From the NCBI GenBank assembly GCA_002633005.1, contig NMRA01000078.1, positions 248,001 through 312,000 of the forward strand: a stretch of 64,000 nt of DNA. Reading direction: 5' to 3'. The first letter of the stretch is position 1; each line of letters opens with the position of its first letter. Origin of the DNA: Phoronis australis. Lineage: Eukaryota > Animalia > Phoronida. Of the stretch, positions 11,654-25,797 are shown one piece after another. The position numbers and the translations under genes are program-made. The notes beneath the pieces were generated by a model, which was not told the origin of the DNA, did no database searches, and saw nothing but the letters and a program-made list of their open reading frames with translations.

Positions 11654-14600
11654 ATGAACAGACATGATATCTGGATAGTACTCTTCATAATTCAATCTCT
11701 CTTCCTTCACCAAGTCGCATCAACGTGGTGGTAAGTCTCGAAGTTTAGTTTTTCAGTAAATGGACAGAAAATATCGATGCCTTTATTTCATAAATTACTT
11801 ATGTTAGGTAATTTGTGTATTTTCGTATAATTCGAAAAAAACAACAACCCGGTTCTGAGCTGCGTTCATTGTGTTATGAATGGCAAAAACATTACCATTT
11901 TAGGAGAAAGTAAATTTTAGAGCCCCAAGAGCGTTGAAGAAATGCAATAATTCTGAAAAATGACATAAATAACTAAAATGTGCATTAAACATATAGTGAA
12001 TGAACTTCTTTTTTGTGGCTTGAAATGATTTTAAAAACTGCCAGAACGTTAATGCTAATTTCAGGATTGATCCCATTACAAGGAAAATTGAAATTGGTCA
12101 GAGAATATGTGAAATTGTCCACCAGTTTTGCGCTGGCGGTAACTGGGTACCGTCTGCGCATTGACAAATTCAATTATATCATAGCACGTTTGAGGCGAGA
12201 AGCCCAGACCACAAGCGAGAGAAAGGGAAAGCGCTCTTCGGATGATCTATTGTTTTGAGGCAACACAGTATGACCAAATGGAATATCGCTGGGAGGGACC
12301 ACAGGAAAGTGCCTGGGGGCTGGTACACCGCCGTCTCGTACGTCAACCACTCGCGTACTCATGTCTCGTGAAGAACTGCGCCGAAATGGTTCGGTACTGT
12401 AGTATTTGCACTAGTGACCTCAACCGTGAAATTACAGGGAAAACATTTTTACAATGCTATACGAAGATGATAAATTTCTTTCTTTTCATTCATTTAGCGG
12501 TCTTAATCAGTGTGATTTTATGACACAAAAGGCCACGATATTGCAGTCATTTTACGAGGACTTGTGAAAGTTTACTTGGTCTTATCTATCCGACACGCGA
12601 ACACTTTACCTCACAAGGTTCCGTTGGAGCAAGCAAAGCTAACATGAGATGAAACAGTGAACTCGGACACATTCAACTGTATATTTACATTTGACTTCGA
12701 TAAACATTTTAACAAAAACTTCCCAAACCAAACTACAAAACAGACATGTACACACAACGATCTTCATTTGAAAATTTTACTTAACGTTAATTCGAAAGAA
12801 AACAGCCGCTCGACACGGACTCCGAAGATACGCCCATATCTCGGAACAAAACAGGTCGGAGTCGAAATTTACTCAGGCAAGACTAAAGATGGTATCACTC
12901 CACGCGCTAGTGGGCGAGAGTAATGAAAAATAAACAAGTTGGATTTCTTTAGTATTTAGAACATGAGTTAGCACTCGTTATATTAGTTTGATGTAACAAT
13001 ATGTTCGGAAAACGTAGAGGTCTAATTGAGCCATAGTGATCGGTTCTCTAGTAGTGACTGTTTTTAAATAAATTGGTGTAATTTAACTTGTAAGACAAAA
13101 CTATGAAAACATGCAGCCGGAGGCGATCTCTGACCTAACGCCGCATGAGACAGGCGGTTCTTTAGGTTTGATATTTGTACCCAGGCGTCTTTGAAGCGGA
13201 TATGTGGGGAAAATAGTGAAATATGTCGGCCAGTGATATTTGCTAAGTTACGTCTACATTCATAGCGCCAAAATTAATTATGTCAAAACCAAGTCCAATT
13301 ATACACTGTATTTATTTTGAGAGGTTTGTGTAGATTGGTTAGATGTTACGCAAATTAATGGTCTTGGCGAGCTGTAAATTTAATGACTTGCGGACGCATG
13401 GTATCTGACGCATGTTCCACTCACGGGTGAACGCGCCATCACCGGTAAGTAAACAACACTGCTATTATTGCGTCACACTCCCGAACTGATGGGAGCAGGG
13501 TATCAAAACAGAAAGACCATGACTTGTATTGTGAACTGTTTTGACTTACGGTTTACAAGGTGTATTGAAAATGCTGTTAATTATTCATCAAAGGCGAACA
13601 GCCTAATACGGCCATTGTGTGATCTAAGCTTTAGTAACAGCTTTGAAATGTTCCGACTAAAAGGCTGTTGCCACACAAATACAACGATCCAGAGCTCAAA
13701 ATGTTTGCACTGCGTTCGACGAAACACTCTGAGCGTAGACATTTGACTTAAAAAGACGCGCAGTATCAGCTTTCGCACAAAAATATTTTCAATATTTGAT
13801 ATTTTACCGGCAATATTTTCCACAAACTGAAAATTGCTTTGGCAGAATGCTTTGCAAGGTTGCATACAACCAGTTCTAAATGTCATAGATCGCGCGCAGC
13901 ATTTACGGCGTAAAAATGACTCGGGCCCACTGCAAATGTGTTTATTCAATGGTGAACTTTTTGTCAGAAGAAATAATTCACGGTCTGCACAATTGTAGAC
14001 CTACTTGGAATTAACAAACGTTACTTTTGGCGCGTTAAACCGTATCAATCTTCATTCTTATCTTAGTTTGAAATTGCACATTTTGGGGCTTTGAATGCAC
14101 GCACTCTCCCGCTTTCAACATAAAGCAGAGTCGTTCTATCTGGTCGCGCGATCGTGTCCCAAGTCGCGGCTACTCCACTGGACGGCGGCGTTTCGCCGAA
14201 GTCAATTATGAAAGTGGTAACTCAGTGAAATGAACTAATGATTAGTCCACACGTATCCACGTTAAAAATCTTTACTGTACACTTAGCCATACAAACACTC
14301 GTGGTGGGAGATGTACACAGTTTACGACAACAACCAGTTGGGGTCACTGCCGTCGGGCCATTCTGCACGAAAAATAACAGCCGCACAGCGTGACGTTGTG
14401 CAGACAAGTAGACAACCGCAAGCAGACGCCCACTGCACCAATAGTCGTCTTCATATAGCTGCTACGCCTGTTTGTTTTGATAGTTATCTGCTACATACAA
14501 AGAGCCGTGTTTTGGTCGAGTTTTGCTCTTAAATAAAATAAAAAAATGCCACGGCATAGCATTAACGTGACTTCTGGAATTTCAGGCTTGTGACATCGTT

Positions 14601-17600
14601 GACTAAAATTTTATAGAGGCTTGCCATTGATTCGCGGCCACTCGTTGTTTACAGACCGCGTGCCCGGGGCCTGCACGAAATATGTAAATGAAATTCTAAT
14701 CTTTTGGGAACTTCAGTAGCCCTTATAACCAGATACACAACAACAAAAAATGTATACCGTTAAATCTGGTCTATGGAAGACTAATTCTAGTAGGAACCAG
14801 TGACGTCATTTCTTGAACTTGATTTACGGGCGTATGCGTAGTCGCAGTTGACATTCTGTACTCGGGTAACTGGCTTATCGACGGTTCATGTTGTGAGATG
14901 AGCATCAAATTTAGAACCACGGAAGGGCCACTGCCACAGAGCACTGGGAATCCATTATTCAGAAACGGGTATCTGGGACCATTATTTCTTAATGAAGGAA
15001 TATAGCCCTTTTCAACGTCTCGATGGAAATTTCAACATAAATTCGCTAAGAAGCTTATCGTTCATGTTGACGTATACGTCTGTTCTCCATGTTGTAGGTT
15101 TTTAAGTCAGCTACAGATTCATGCAGTAGGCACGCGAATAATTTGTGACAGCATTCCCGGACTGGTTGGAAAACAGAAGAGACTATGTCGCTCACACCCA
15201 GATGTGATGTTATCGTTACAAGAGGGCGCTCGGGTAGGCGTGCGCGAATGCCAGCATCAATTTGGCAGCCAACGCTGGAACTGCAGTACTTTAGACAGAG
15301 ATACCAGCGTGTTCGGAAAGGTGCTACAAAGAGGTAACAAAGGATGATAAAAGTAACCAAAAACAGTAACACCATTTAACGACATTTGCCTGTAGGGCCA
15401 CATAGTGTGAATAAGTGACGGTTACGACGGTGTAGATGTTCTGAGAAAGACCAAAGTGGCATAATTCAGTACATTCCCATCAAATAAAAATGCATATGTT
15501 TCCAATACATTAGTTTTTGCTTTAACACGTAAAAATCAATGGAGAACTGTTTAATAAGCCATCTGTTACATTTTACAATTGGCTCCAATAAAGACGCCCC
15601 CTCTTACTGTATTTAAAGATTTTCAATTTACTTAGAAACTCGCATGCTAGACGAGAGTACTGCTCTTTCAACGGTACATAAAGCTTTTCCAAAATAAACA
15701 AGATTTGATAAAGATTTTTGTATTTTGTTCTTTATTCTTGTGGTGCTACAGCCAAATGAATACTCTTACATGCTGAGTACAGAAAAATTTATTTAGGAAA
15801 AATACATGCAAGGCTGCAATTTATAAAACGTTGCTATTTTAGTGAACTGAATCTTTCGATTTCTGAACCTTATTTATATTTGGTAAACACAAAAGAAGGT
15901 AATCGTGGCAACAATATGCAGACTTAAATCACGCCTCTCATTGTCTCCACAACATAATTGCCACTTACTCTTCACAGGAAGTCGAGAGGCGGCGTTCGTG
16001 TACGGAATATCATCCAGCGGAGTAGTGCACGCCATCACGCGGGCGTGTAGCCAAGGAGACTTGTTGAACTGCGCGTGCGACCCAACAAAGAAAGGAAAGA
16101 GTAGGGACGGAGGCTTCGCGTGGGGCGGATGCAGTGATAACGTTAGATACGGATGTGAATTTTCCAGACAATTCGTCGACGCACGTGAGAAAAGGGTTCG
16201 CGACGCACGCGCTTTGATGAACCTGCATAACAATAGAGCGGGCCGAAAGGTAAGTTAAGTTGATGTAATACCCTTAGACAATGGGACGAAATGTGCAAAA
16301 CATTAAATCCACCTGGAGCGTTCAGCAACGCGAACGCAGAGTTCGAGTACCCTGTTTAAGAATCTCAATATAAAAAACAAGGGTGAAAATTTAAAAAAAT
16401 CTAACAGCTTTCAAATGCTGCAAAAGCGAAACCTCTCATACTGAGCACTGCTTCGCCAGATTTGAAAGATAAAGTACCGTGTACATTCAATCAGATGAAA
16501 TCCTATGGTGGAAGGACGGACGAATACTTCACGTATAAGGCAATTATTGTTTTTGAATCAAAGACCTTAGACTAAGGACTTTTAGATTTATTGTTTAACG
16601 GCTCACCTTATTCAAAGGATACTAAACCCGAATTATGACTATAAACAGATATTGACGCCTACTTAACACTTCAATGTTTAAAACTATCATTACAAGTATG
16701 ATTCAACTTCGACAACACTTCACAATATCAGCAAAATCGGTAAGCGTGGACGTGTTGGGCGAAGCAGCACATTTTTATCCACCGAGTTCATTTTGCGACA
16801 CAGAGAGGAACGAGGTTTAGCTGAATAATGCTTTCATTTTGTCGAAGAAGTACAGAATACACAACAGCAAGTGACGTGAGCAATTTTGGGTAAATTCACC
16901 AAAATAGGGTTTCATATCCTTTTAACGAAACACGGCCTGACGATTTAACAAAGGGTATCACAATACAAGAGTAGTTCAGAAGTGTTCTAGCCAACGAACC
17001 ATTCATAAATTTGTTTAGCTTCGGGACACAGCAAAACCGAGACGGGACTAAAATAACATATGCCACTGATACACAAATATTCTTGTGTGCAGGGAGATTG
17101 CGCTTCGAGCCACAAAATAAAATTACCCGTCAAAACTTATTCGTTCTCGTTTGACGTTCTTTGATGATCTAAATGTGGTGACAGGAGAGATGGGTATCTA
17201 TTGGTTAGTTGGCACCCCGCACGAGATGTTATTTTAGAAGTGGTTACTTGAATTTACTAATCTGTCTGCAGGATTGTGCAGTGAAAATTTACAATACCAC
17301 AAGAATTCAAAAACAAACAAACGAAGGCATCGAATAATAACTATATTATGAAACTGTCTAAATAATAGCATCGACAGACAATTGACGTAAAGAGCTTGAG
17401 AATCCTAAATGAAGACGCGGTGCAAACGTGCCATGACGTCACTATCTAAATCACTTTTTTACAATCCCGGCAAATTTTCGTCGTTACCAGGAAACGAAAG
17501 ATCGATGTTGTTCTTAAGGAGAGTAAAGTTCAGAATTTAGTAATAAAACCTCCAGAAGACACGTATGATTGCGTAAATTGAAAACTTTTGAATTATTCAA

Positions 17601-20600
17601 TTTTTAAATTACACAATTTCAAACGTCTTAAGGTTCCGGCTATTGATGTCACACCAACGACGTATTATTTTGCGCGTCCATATGATAATAAATGTCACCT
17701 TAGTTTCCAAAAATTCAAGTTCATCTCGAAAATTTTCGACACCTGATTGTCGCTGGTGTTTTTTTCAGCGTGCTCTTTGTCAGATTGAAATTGTTGAAAA
17801 TAAAATGCCAAGACTCGTTTAACTAGAATTTATCGCACGTGCTTCTTCTAAGAATATTGAAACGCATGAAGATGGCCAGAGAATGATCAAGAGAAACGTC
17901 GACTCAATGTAAATAGGCTAGAGGTTGGTGTAAATAAAGAAATAAATTTTAGATGAATGATGTTACTACATCACAACCTCAAAGCGGTTTAAGGCGAAGT
18001 GCAAGTTATTTCCCACATCACTGAACTGTATTGCTTTATGGCGCAAGAACAATCTTCAAGAAGGCGAAACAACTTAACCAAGTGAAAACGCGTTAAGACA
18101 ATCTTATAGCAATGAGTAGTCTAATAAAATTGCTTTGACATCAACAATGGCCGTAGATGGTTGACTTGTGTTATGCGTAAAATCACACAACGGGCCATGG
18201 GCGCATAAAAGGGAATGCTCCCTGGCAGACCATACTAACAAGCCACTCAGCACGTCATTTACCGATAACGAGAACGTTTTTCCTTCGAAAATTGTGATTT
18301 GGTTCCCTTTTTGTGAGACCCTAAATCCGTCAGACTGGGCACAGGTATGACGTGTTTGACATCCGAAAACTTGGTCCCCAAACTTCATTTAAAAAAATTA
18401 TCTAATGTTTCTCTGGCCACTAGGTGACGCGTCTGTGAATAAACCTGAGGCTGATGGAAGTCTCACATCCATGAATGCAAAGTCAACAAAATAATGTCGA
18501 CGGTGTGATAGACGCCAGTCTTTCAGTGGCTCAATGACCAATCAAGCCAATCTGTCCTTTGTGTAGTCTGGCGTGATTAATACGACGTGACAGCCAGACA
18601 ACTGGTGCTCCCTCTTTGGGTCAAATAGGAATAGAGATGTTTTCAGAGCCAGATTGGCCGAAAAGCTTTCTTGATTCCTATGAGATGTATGTCGCAAGGT
18701 GAAGCGTCGACAAGGTTTTATACTATACATTTTCGATTTTCTTAATCAATTAATGCCCAGGGCAATAGGTCTTTATTAGGACTAAGAGTGCTGTTATGGC
18801 AGTTGGATCCCAGATGCACGCATGCGCACCTGTGGCCGAAGTAATCAGGCCAAGTGGACAACATCACTACGTAGTACGTCGATAACACATGACTGCTTCA
18901 AAATTCTAACTTACTTTATTCAGTTGACTTTCATGAAATAGAGCAATCGCGTTCAACGAAAACATGGACCTGAGGAGAGGGAGTTCTCAGAGGGCATATT
19001 TGAAGAAATGTGCCGCTGAAGGAAAAAATTAGGATATCCAATCCACCCATTTAGGTTGTCGGCAAGATAAACCCCTTTAGAGCGTAACCACAACGGGACC
19101 CATTTGTAGGGAACTTCAGCGGAAATCCACCCTTTCGTTTTCTCACATAACGTTAACCTTTTGGAGGGGCTTAAAACCGTACAAAATGCTGAGCGGCTTA
19201 GCGTCATTATTTGTTTACTACGCATAGCTTTGTTACTTATTTCCGGTTCTTGTTGGGTAAAAATACAGATGTATTTTCTTGTAATCGCCCTTCACTTTTG
19301 GCGTAAAGATTGAACGATTCTTTAAAGAGACACAATCGGTTTTACCGGAAGTCGAAAAGCGCATTAGGGGACTATTTGAAAGAATTTCTTAACCTTATTA
19401 ACTTTTATCAGAGCTATAAAACAATAAAATCTATTGTGTTTCTGTAATTTTATTCTATAAATCACCTACAGAAAGGGTGACAGACAACATAAAAATGAAA
19501 TCGAGGCGGCGGCCTCATCGCCTGTTTCGTTGCTATTCACCACGAAAGTGTCCGACGCGGTTGATGTGTAGTGAAATAAAGCAAGGGCTAATTTCCTGTG
19601 TGTACGTGAGAAAAACGGTAGCCGAAACATTTGCAAACGAAATCGCGGTAGACTGCCGTGCGAGACGAGGCGAACATTGCCATTAATACCAAGCTTCCTC
19701 AGGTAGACAGCCGGGTGGGTTTGCATTCCTCTTCCGTCTTCCAGAAATAGTTTGACATTCAAGCGTACTTTTGACCGATTTTACACGTATACCTAAAATT
19801 GTTTTTTGAAAAGCTTATAATGGTTCCTGTCATTGACTATCAATCGATTGAAATTCCTCGCTGAGTCTCAAAAAAAACAAGCGATCTTCAGTTGGCGGCA
19901 TAATTTTACAAAACTCGCTTTCCTAAATGGCCAAATCCACCTTGAAAACCCGATAATTATGCACTATTTTTGGGAGTAACTATTATCAGAGTACTGTATT
20001 GTTGGACATCATGGCTGAACTCTTAAAGGTGCATGCAGGGCAAATTGAGCTTGTTGAACTAAGGCAATACCTGAAGGTCACGTGATTCAACATTCGGGGA
20101 AATCGCGGGTTATTGGTTTCATAGATTTTTGCATAAATAAAAGTAGCATCAATGAAAATAAGAGCAAACTATATTCACGCAAGGAAATCGAAGTATTTAT
20201 TTTCGATGAAAAAGCCCTGAATAATTGCCGAAGTGTTGTCTGAAATATTTCGAGTAATTCTATTCAATTTTTGCACACTTCATTCACGATACATCTTCGC
20301 GAATATGCAACGGCTTCAAATGTGCGCACCACCACTCTGTAAACAGAATACAGCCAGACTTGTACGCACACTGAGATGTCAAAGCTGAAATTCGACTGGC
20401 GATGGCCATCTCAGCTATAAGCCTCTCCGCCAAGCTCCATCAAAATCTGGCAGCAGGTTTGACAATGATCAACTACGAATATCTGGTCAAAATTGTCATA
20501 GCTAATAAGATGCGCTACAGTAGCCGAATTCGCCAGAAAATTATCTGGGTGCCCGTGCGTACCAATCATATACTTGAATTGATTTTGTTTTCAAATCCTA

Positions 20601-22477
20601 TCAGGCAATCGATAGGAAGGAAAAATCTCGGAAGAATCCATTAAGAGGTGTTTGTAATAAACTCCATCAAAAACATATATTGCAAGCACATAAAAGCGTA
20701 CCTCAACAAAATAAAAAATTCTCCCACTCATGTGTTGCAAAAATGAACCACGATTTTTGATTTTCCAACATTAAACGTAAATCCCTTTTTAGGCGAGGCA
20801 CCCGTTCTTTAAAGGATACCAAACCTGGTTTTGACCTATTAACAGATATTAAAAACGACTTCCCCCTCCAATTCTCTGAAACGAAGTAATGACAACCCTG
20901 GACAACCCTCAAAAGTTTCAAGGAAAATTTGAAAACTCCTTTCGAAGTCTGTTAAACCGGCAACCGTGACCTACGCTTTTAGCGAATCATGAAGGCAACT
21001 GTGGGGAAAGCAACCCCTCCAAGAACCACAATATCCAATAGGTGGCATAGGGATCAGTATGACTTTTTATCGATTCCTGCTTTCATCTTTCAAGATTGAC
21101 GCCAATAATGCATTAGCAGATGACAGAACGAAGACTGGTTGAAATTGTCAAAATTGGACTTAGTATCCCTTTAAGAATCTGATAATGAAAGCCACCCAAC
21201 TGAACAGCTCGCTATTATGATCTTTTTAGGCAGTTCAAAAACACATGAAGTTGGAATGCAAGTGCCACGGAGTCAGCGGATCATGCGCACTGCGTACTTG
21301 TTGGTCAGCCATGCAAGATTTCCGAAAAGTGGGAAATTACTTACGGAAGCGATACAACGGCGCCATTCAAGTGATGATGGACCAAGGTGGACAGGGGTTA
21401 ATTGTGGCTAATAGACACTATAAAAAGTTTACAAAACACGATTTGGTGTATTTCGAACAATCACCGGATTACTGTGTACAAGATCCCGACACAGGTGAGA
21501 AACGCAGTTGAATGTTAAGGTATTTCACTGAGAAATTCACGCGAAGTTTCTTCCGGTTTAGGGGTGCAACAACGCCGTTGTCGCAAAATAAAGCAGCCAA
21601 TGAAAGAGATGTGCTTAGTCCAGTGGTGAAGTGGTAAAATTAAAGGTAAGTAGGCGCCCAAAGCCCATCGTATCACCTTGAGCACTGAACGTAACTTACG
21701 ATGCCAAATGCCAAAAGGTGGTTGGCTGCGCCTACGTGCTTGTAAGCCCCACTACAGCACTGATTCTGTCGTCAATCAAAGGCGGCACTGTGCTCCACGG
21801 GTGGGTTCGAAACAAAGACGCTGGAGTTGTGACTTGTAAAGATGTAATTTAACATTGTAATCCAGTTCCAAAAGAAGGGTGTCAGACAATCAGACACAAG
21901 ATAAACGATCATCACACGTGCAACATACCATGCTTATGATTTGCAATTCGTACAAACATAAATCATCCACTATGGAGCATCGAATCATCCGCACGAACCT
22001 CTTGTAATCGATATATTGTTTACAAGAGAATGTGAGTCGCACGTATCACGAACGACGTCAGGTATAGTGCGTGTGGATGATTCAATGGTCGTTAGTGTAG
22101 TTGACTAGTACCCTTGTTTAGAGAACTGCACGGCGAAAGCATCTAATGTCATCATTCCTTTTGAACATTGCTTGGGTGTAATTTATCAACATACACAACT
22201 TAAGTTTATTACCGATTCCCATCAAACTGCTCTTGACTGACAGCTTCTCACATTTGCAGGGTCGTTGGGAACTACAGGACGCACGTGCAACAAGACGTCT
22301 ATGGGAACAGACGGATGTGACATCATGTGTTGTGGGCGGGGCTACGACACGAAAACGGTAAAGCGAACGACAAAGTGTGAATGCAAATTCCATTGGTGTT
22401 GCTTCGTAAAATGCCGCGAGTGTACGGAGTGGGTGGACATACACACGTGTAAAGGCCATCAGGCGGGCAATATCTGA
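11654..22477 (+). CDS. WNT2: Wnt2 family secreted ligand (355 aa)
   Basis: Exons 11654-11730 (signal peptide [26 protein letters not shown]), 15098-15333, 15978-16249, 21230-21494, 22260-22477; all phases match, 1068 nt total. Wnt signature [14 protein letters not shown] is present. Wnt2-like segments: [63 protein letters not shown]. Confidence 0.95.
20800..20990 (-). repeat. Interspersed repeat family, copy 3 (Wnt2 intron 3)
   Basis: Reverse complement matches 6700-6890. Confidence 0.65.
21621..21762 (+). mobile_element. hAT-type MITE, degenerate copy of 39370-39523
   Basis: Shared tggtaaaatta.agg.aag.agg.gccca, ccttgagcactgaa and ccaaaaggtggttggctgc.cctacgtgc...ccccactacagcactg. Confidence 0.75.
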
Positions 22478-22771
22478 TCCTTGGGTAAAAATGCGCACAA
22501 CGCCGATCACATTCAGAAAGGTTGGACATACCGAAATTTATTCTGGACACTATCGGTGCGTGTAAGGCAACACACGGTGCATTGCGACAGCATTGCGAGG
22601 GCGTGCTCCGCGAATTGTTGAACAGTTGCCGCTTATACCATCACAATCGATAAGTTGATTCCAATCGGATCAATGGTAAGCGTCCAATGGCAATAGTGTG
22701 GAACGCATCAATACGTAACTCTCCGTTTAGACTTTTTGTAAAAAAGTCGTAAATTTACGACATTTTAGTGC

Positions 22772-23168
22772 CCGGTTGCCGCATGAAACAGTCTCAAATA
22801 GGGACTCTACTAAGTTCCTTTAATCTTTGACAGAGATGTAGTCTGGTTCTGTATCTTCATTATGAGCTGCTCTTTGACTAGTGACATTTTCTAATAATAT
22901 AACTAGAAAATATTAAGCTCTTAGTTCAATGTAAATATATTGGAACTTAGACCTTAAATTAGGAGGGTTGCATGAAAAGATCCCTACTTACTTTCAATAA
23001 TATCAGGAATTAAAAGTAATTCTCCATTTGTATGAAAGCCACAAATTGACTTACTAATAAAACTGCATATAAGAAAGGGCAATCAGTGTTTTCACTAGTC
23101 CATAAATACGCAGTAGGTTTAGGGAACTTAGTTGAGTCCATATTTGGTGACTGTTTCATGCAATCGGT
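22772..23168. mobile_element. ~400-bp foldback MITE just downstream of the Wnt2 stop codon
   Basis: ccggttgccgcatgaaacagtctcaaatagggactctactaagttccttta pairs with tagggaacttagttgagtccatatttggtgactgtttcatgcaatcgg; second copy at 25398-25797. Confidence 0.75.
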
Positions 23169-24341
23169 TACACAGAACCACTCAGCATGGCGGGAAGTAA
23201 ATGTGAGTTAGATCACGTGACCATGGCGGGGAAGTGTAAGTTCAACTGAAGGGCCGCAAGCATCGAAATTCGACCCTACCTTCGACTGGTTGACTAGGGG
23301 AGACTTAATAACCATAAACTATCAAATAAGACATCGAGCAACAATTATTTAATTGTGCTTAGAAATTCAGAACACATGTTTCTGTTCACACCAAGGCTGC
23401 ATCAAGCGTTAGTGCCAAATATCCTTGCAGATAGAGATCAGTACATATACTATCACATTTTGTCAAAATTATCACCTGTGCCGGATAATGGAACTCTCAA
23501 AAGACACAGGCTTTGTAGCATTCGTTTCACAAGGTTATGTTTGTCATAAGTATCGTGGCTTCTTGCCGTAAGCATTTTCATTTTCAATATTTCAATAATT
23601 CATTTTATGCTTTATGTTATCTCGTATGTTTTGTTACAAGGTGTAATAATTGAAATTTAAATTATTAAACTATATTTAGTATCTACACAAGTTCCGTCTT
23701 AATTCGACCATTCGTGAATTTTCGGTGATTTCTTCATTATTTCACACACTTTGGTAACTTCGCCCTTCTTAAATATTTAGTTTGGTTCTCGTGTGAGCTG
23801 TAATAGTTCATACACCTCGTGTATGTTTCAACAGTTCATACACCGGCAAAATCATCAACCTTTGCACAAGGTGTACGCGCCCTTGTACGAATAATAATAA
23901 GAATTGCCGTAAACCTCGCAAACTATTGGTCAGCAAATAACACGCTAAAAGAACCCTAAGTTCCACAAGAAAAAATTTGATGGCAAGAATGTAGATGTAT
24001 GAGTCCAGGTTCCAAGGGAATACAGTAGCATGACATTGGTAATTTTTTGTACATTTCTTTGAAACGTAAGCATTATTTATCTTAAAAGTGAAAATCCAGA
24101 AAATCAGAAAAATACAGATTAGTTTCTTAATGCGATACCTTCCTTCTTCTTCTTACTCTTTGATGAGAAATAAAGAAATATGCCAATGAAATATATCAAA
24201 TCTTACTTAAAGTGGATAAAAACCCGCCTTCCATCACAAAACACACTTTTAATTTAGACAACTTAGCGTTTTGAAATTGGTCTCAAATTGCAAATTCGCA
24301 GACATTTCAGAGCTTCGATTGAACCATATACTATTGTTGTC

Positions 24342-24571
24342 CAGAGGCGGATATACGGGAGGGGGGGGTCAGGGGGTTTAACCCCCCTGGGACAGGATCA
24401 AAAATAAAAATAAAAGAAAAACGTCGCCAGGAAAACGAAATCAGGTACAAAAACCAAAAAAAAAAATCTTACACGGGAGGGGGTACCTTCCCCCGCTCGG
24501 TGCTACGCGCCTCGGATTCGCACGAATCCTAAACCCTCTCCCTCCTTACTGAAAACGTAGACCTGCAACTG
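24342..24571 (+). mobile_element. MITE with CAG...CTG ends and 5-bp TSD (TTGTC)
   Basis: cagaggcggatatac ... gtagacctgcaactg, flanked by TTGTC at 24337-24341 and 24572-24576. Confidence 0.65.
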
Positions 24572-25397
24572 TTGTCCATGATCTATGACGGACAGTTCGT
24601 TATTGCTCGAGACAATGGACTAAAGGTTAGCTTGTTACGGCGGGTCATTTCATCTGCTGAGCATGATCTCAAGGAATAACGAACTAACAGTTTTTCAGTG
24701 CAAACCCAGAATTCACTTTCCACACGTGTGTGGAGCTAATGGAAAACATTTTAAGGCGGTAGGCGATCTAAGTCAAAAGTTAGCTACAGGTACGGAACGC
24801 GGTTTATTGCCGATTTAAACGTTTCTTGAATGATTTTCAACATTTCCGAGAATTGAGAAAAAAAAAACAATGAATAAAAGCAATCGCATTTTAGCCGGCT
24901 CTGTATGTTCCATCGAGGCAAAGAAAATTTCAAGATCCATTTTTATATTTACGAATGTATTAGAACTGGTGAATTTTTAAATCAGTCTGCGCGTCCAACA
25001 GAGGAACCTCATTTGGCCGCGATCATACTACAATATCGCTGCGCATGCGCACAACTTGACCTACAGGGAACGCAAATTTAGATTATTAGTCCTGCCAGAC
25101 ACAGCGCAGGAAGGTTTGTACCTTACATTAACAGTAACTATCATATTTGCTGATAACACTGCTTTTCGCTGAATTAATTTCAATCACTGATGTCCATGCT
25201 CTTTTCGAAACCGATCGGCCGTTATTCTTCATAACCAGAAGGACCCGACTGATTGAGCTAATGGTCCTCTGGACTTCACGGCAATCATGACGATGTGCCA
25301 CTCAACAGGATAAGCTCCGTTTCATGCATGGCACGGACGTCAGTGCCAGTTACACATATATCCCGAAAGAGGGCGCCAACTATTCAGATATTAGAGC

Positions 25398-25797
25398 CCA
25401 GTTCCATGAAACAGTCCCAAATGGGCCAACCGAGTTCCCAAACACTATTGCGCATTTGTATCTTTCTTTGCTCACACATGCACTATTTTTCTACCATTTC
25501 ATCTTGATACGATCTCTTCTTTAACTTAATAAATTTTCGAATACCAGTAATATAACTAAAAACTGAGTCCTGAATTCAGTGAAAATGAATAGGGACTTAC
25601 CTTACGGGCGTTAATTGAGAATTTAAGGTAGAGTTCACTGGTTCTTAGTTGATTTGTATGAAAACCAAAAACCTGACTTAGCAATGAAGCTAAAACAGTA
25701 TGAGGAAGGACAACCGGCGTTTTCATTAGTTTACAAATACACGACAGATTTAGGGAACTTAGTCGAGTCCCTATTTGGGATTGTTTCATGCAACCGG
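25398..25797. mobile_element. ~400-bp foldback MITE, second copy
   Basis: The right ~150 bp closely resemble 23030-23168; the left arm ccagttccatgaaacagtcccaaatggg is the inverted partner. Confidence 0.72.
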
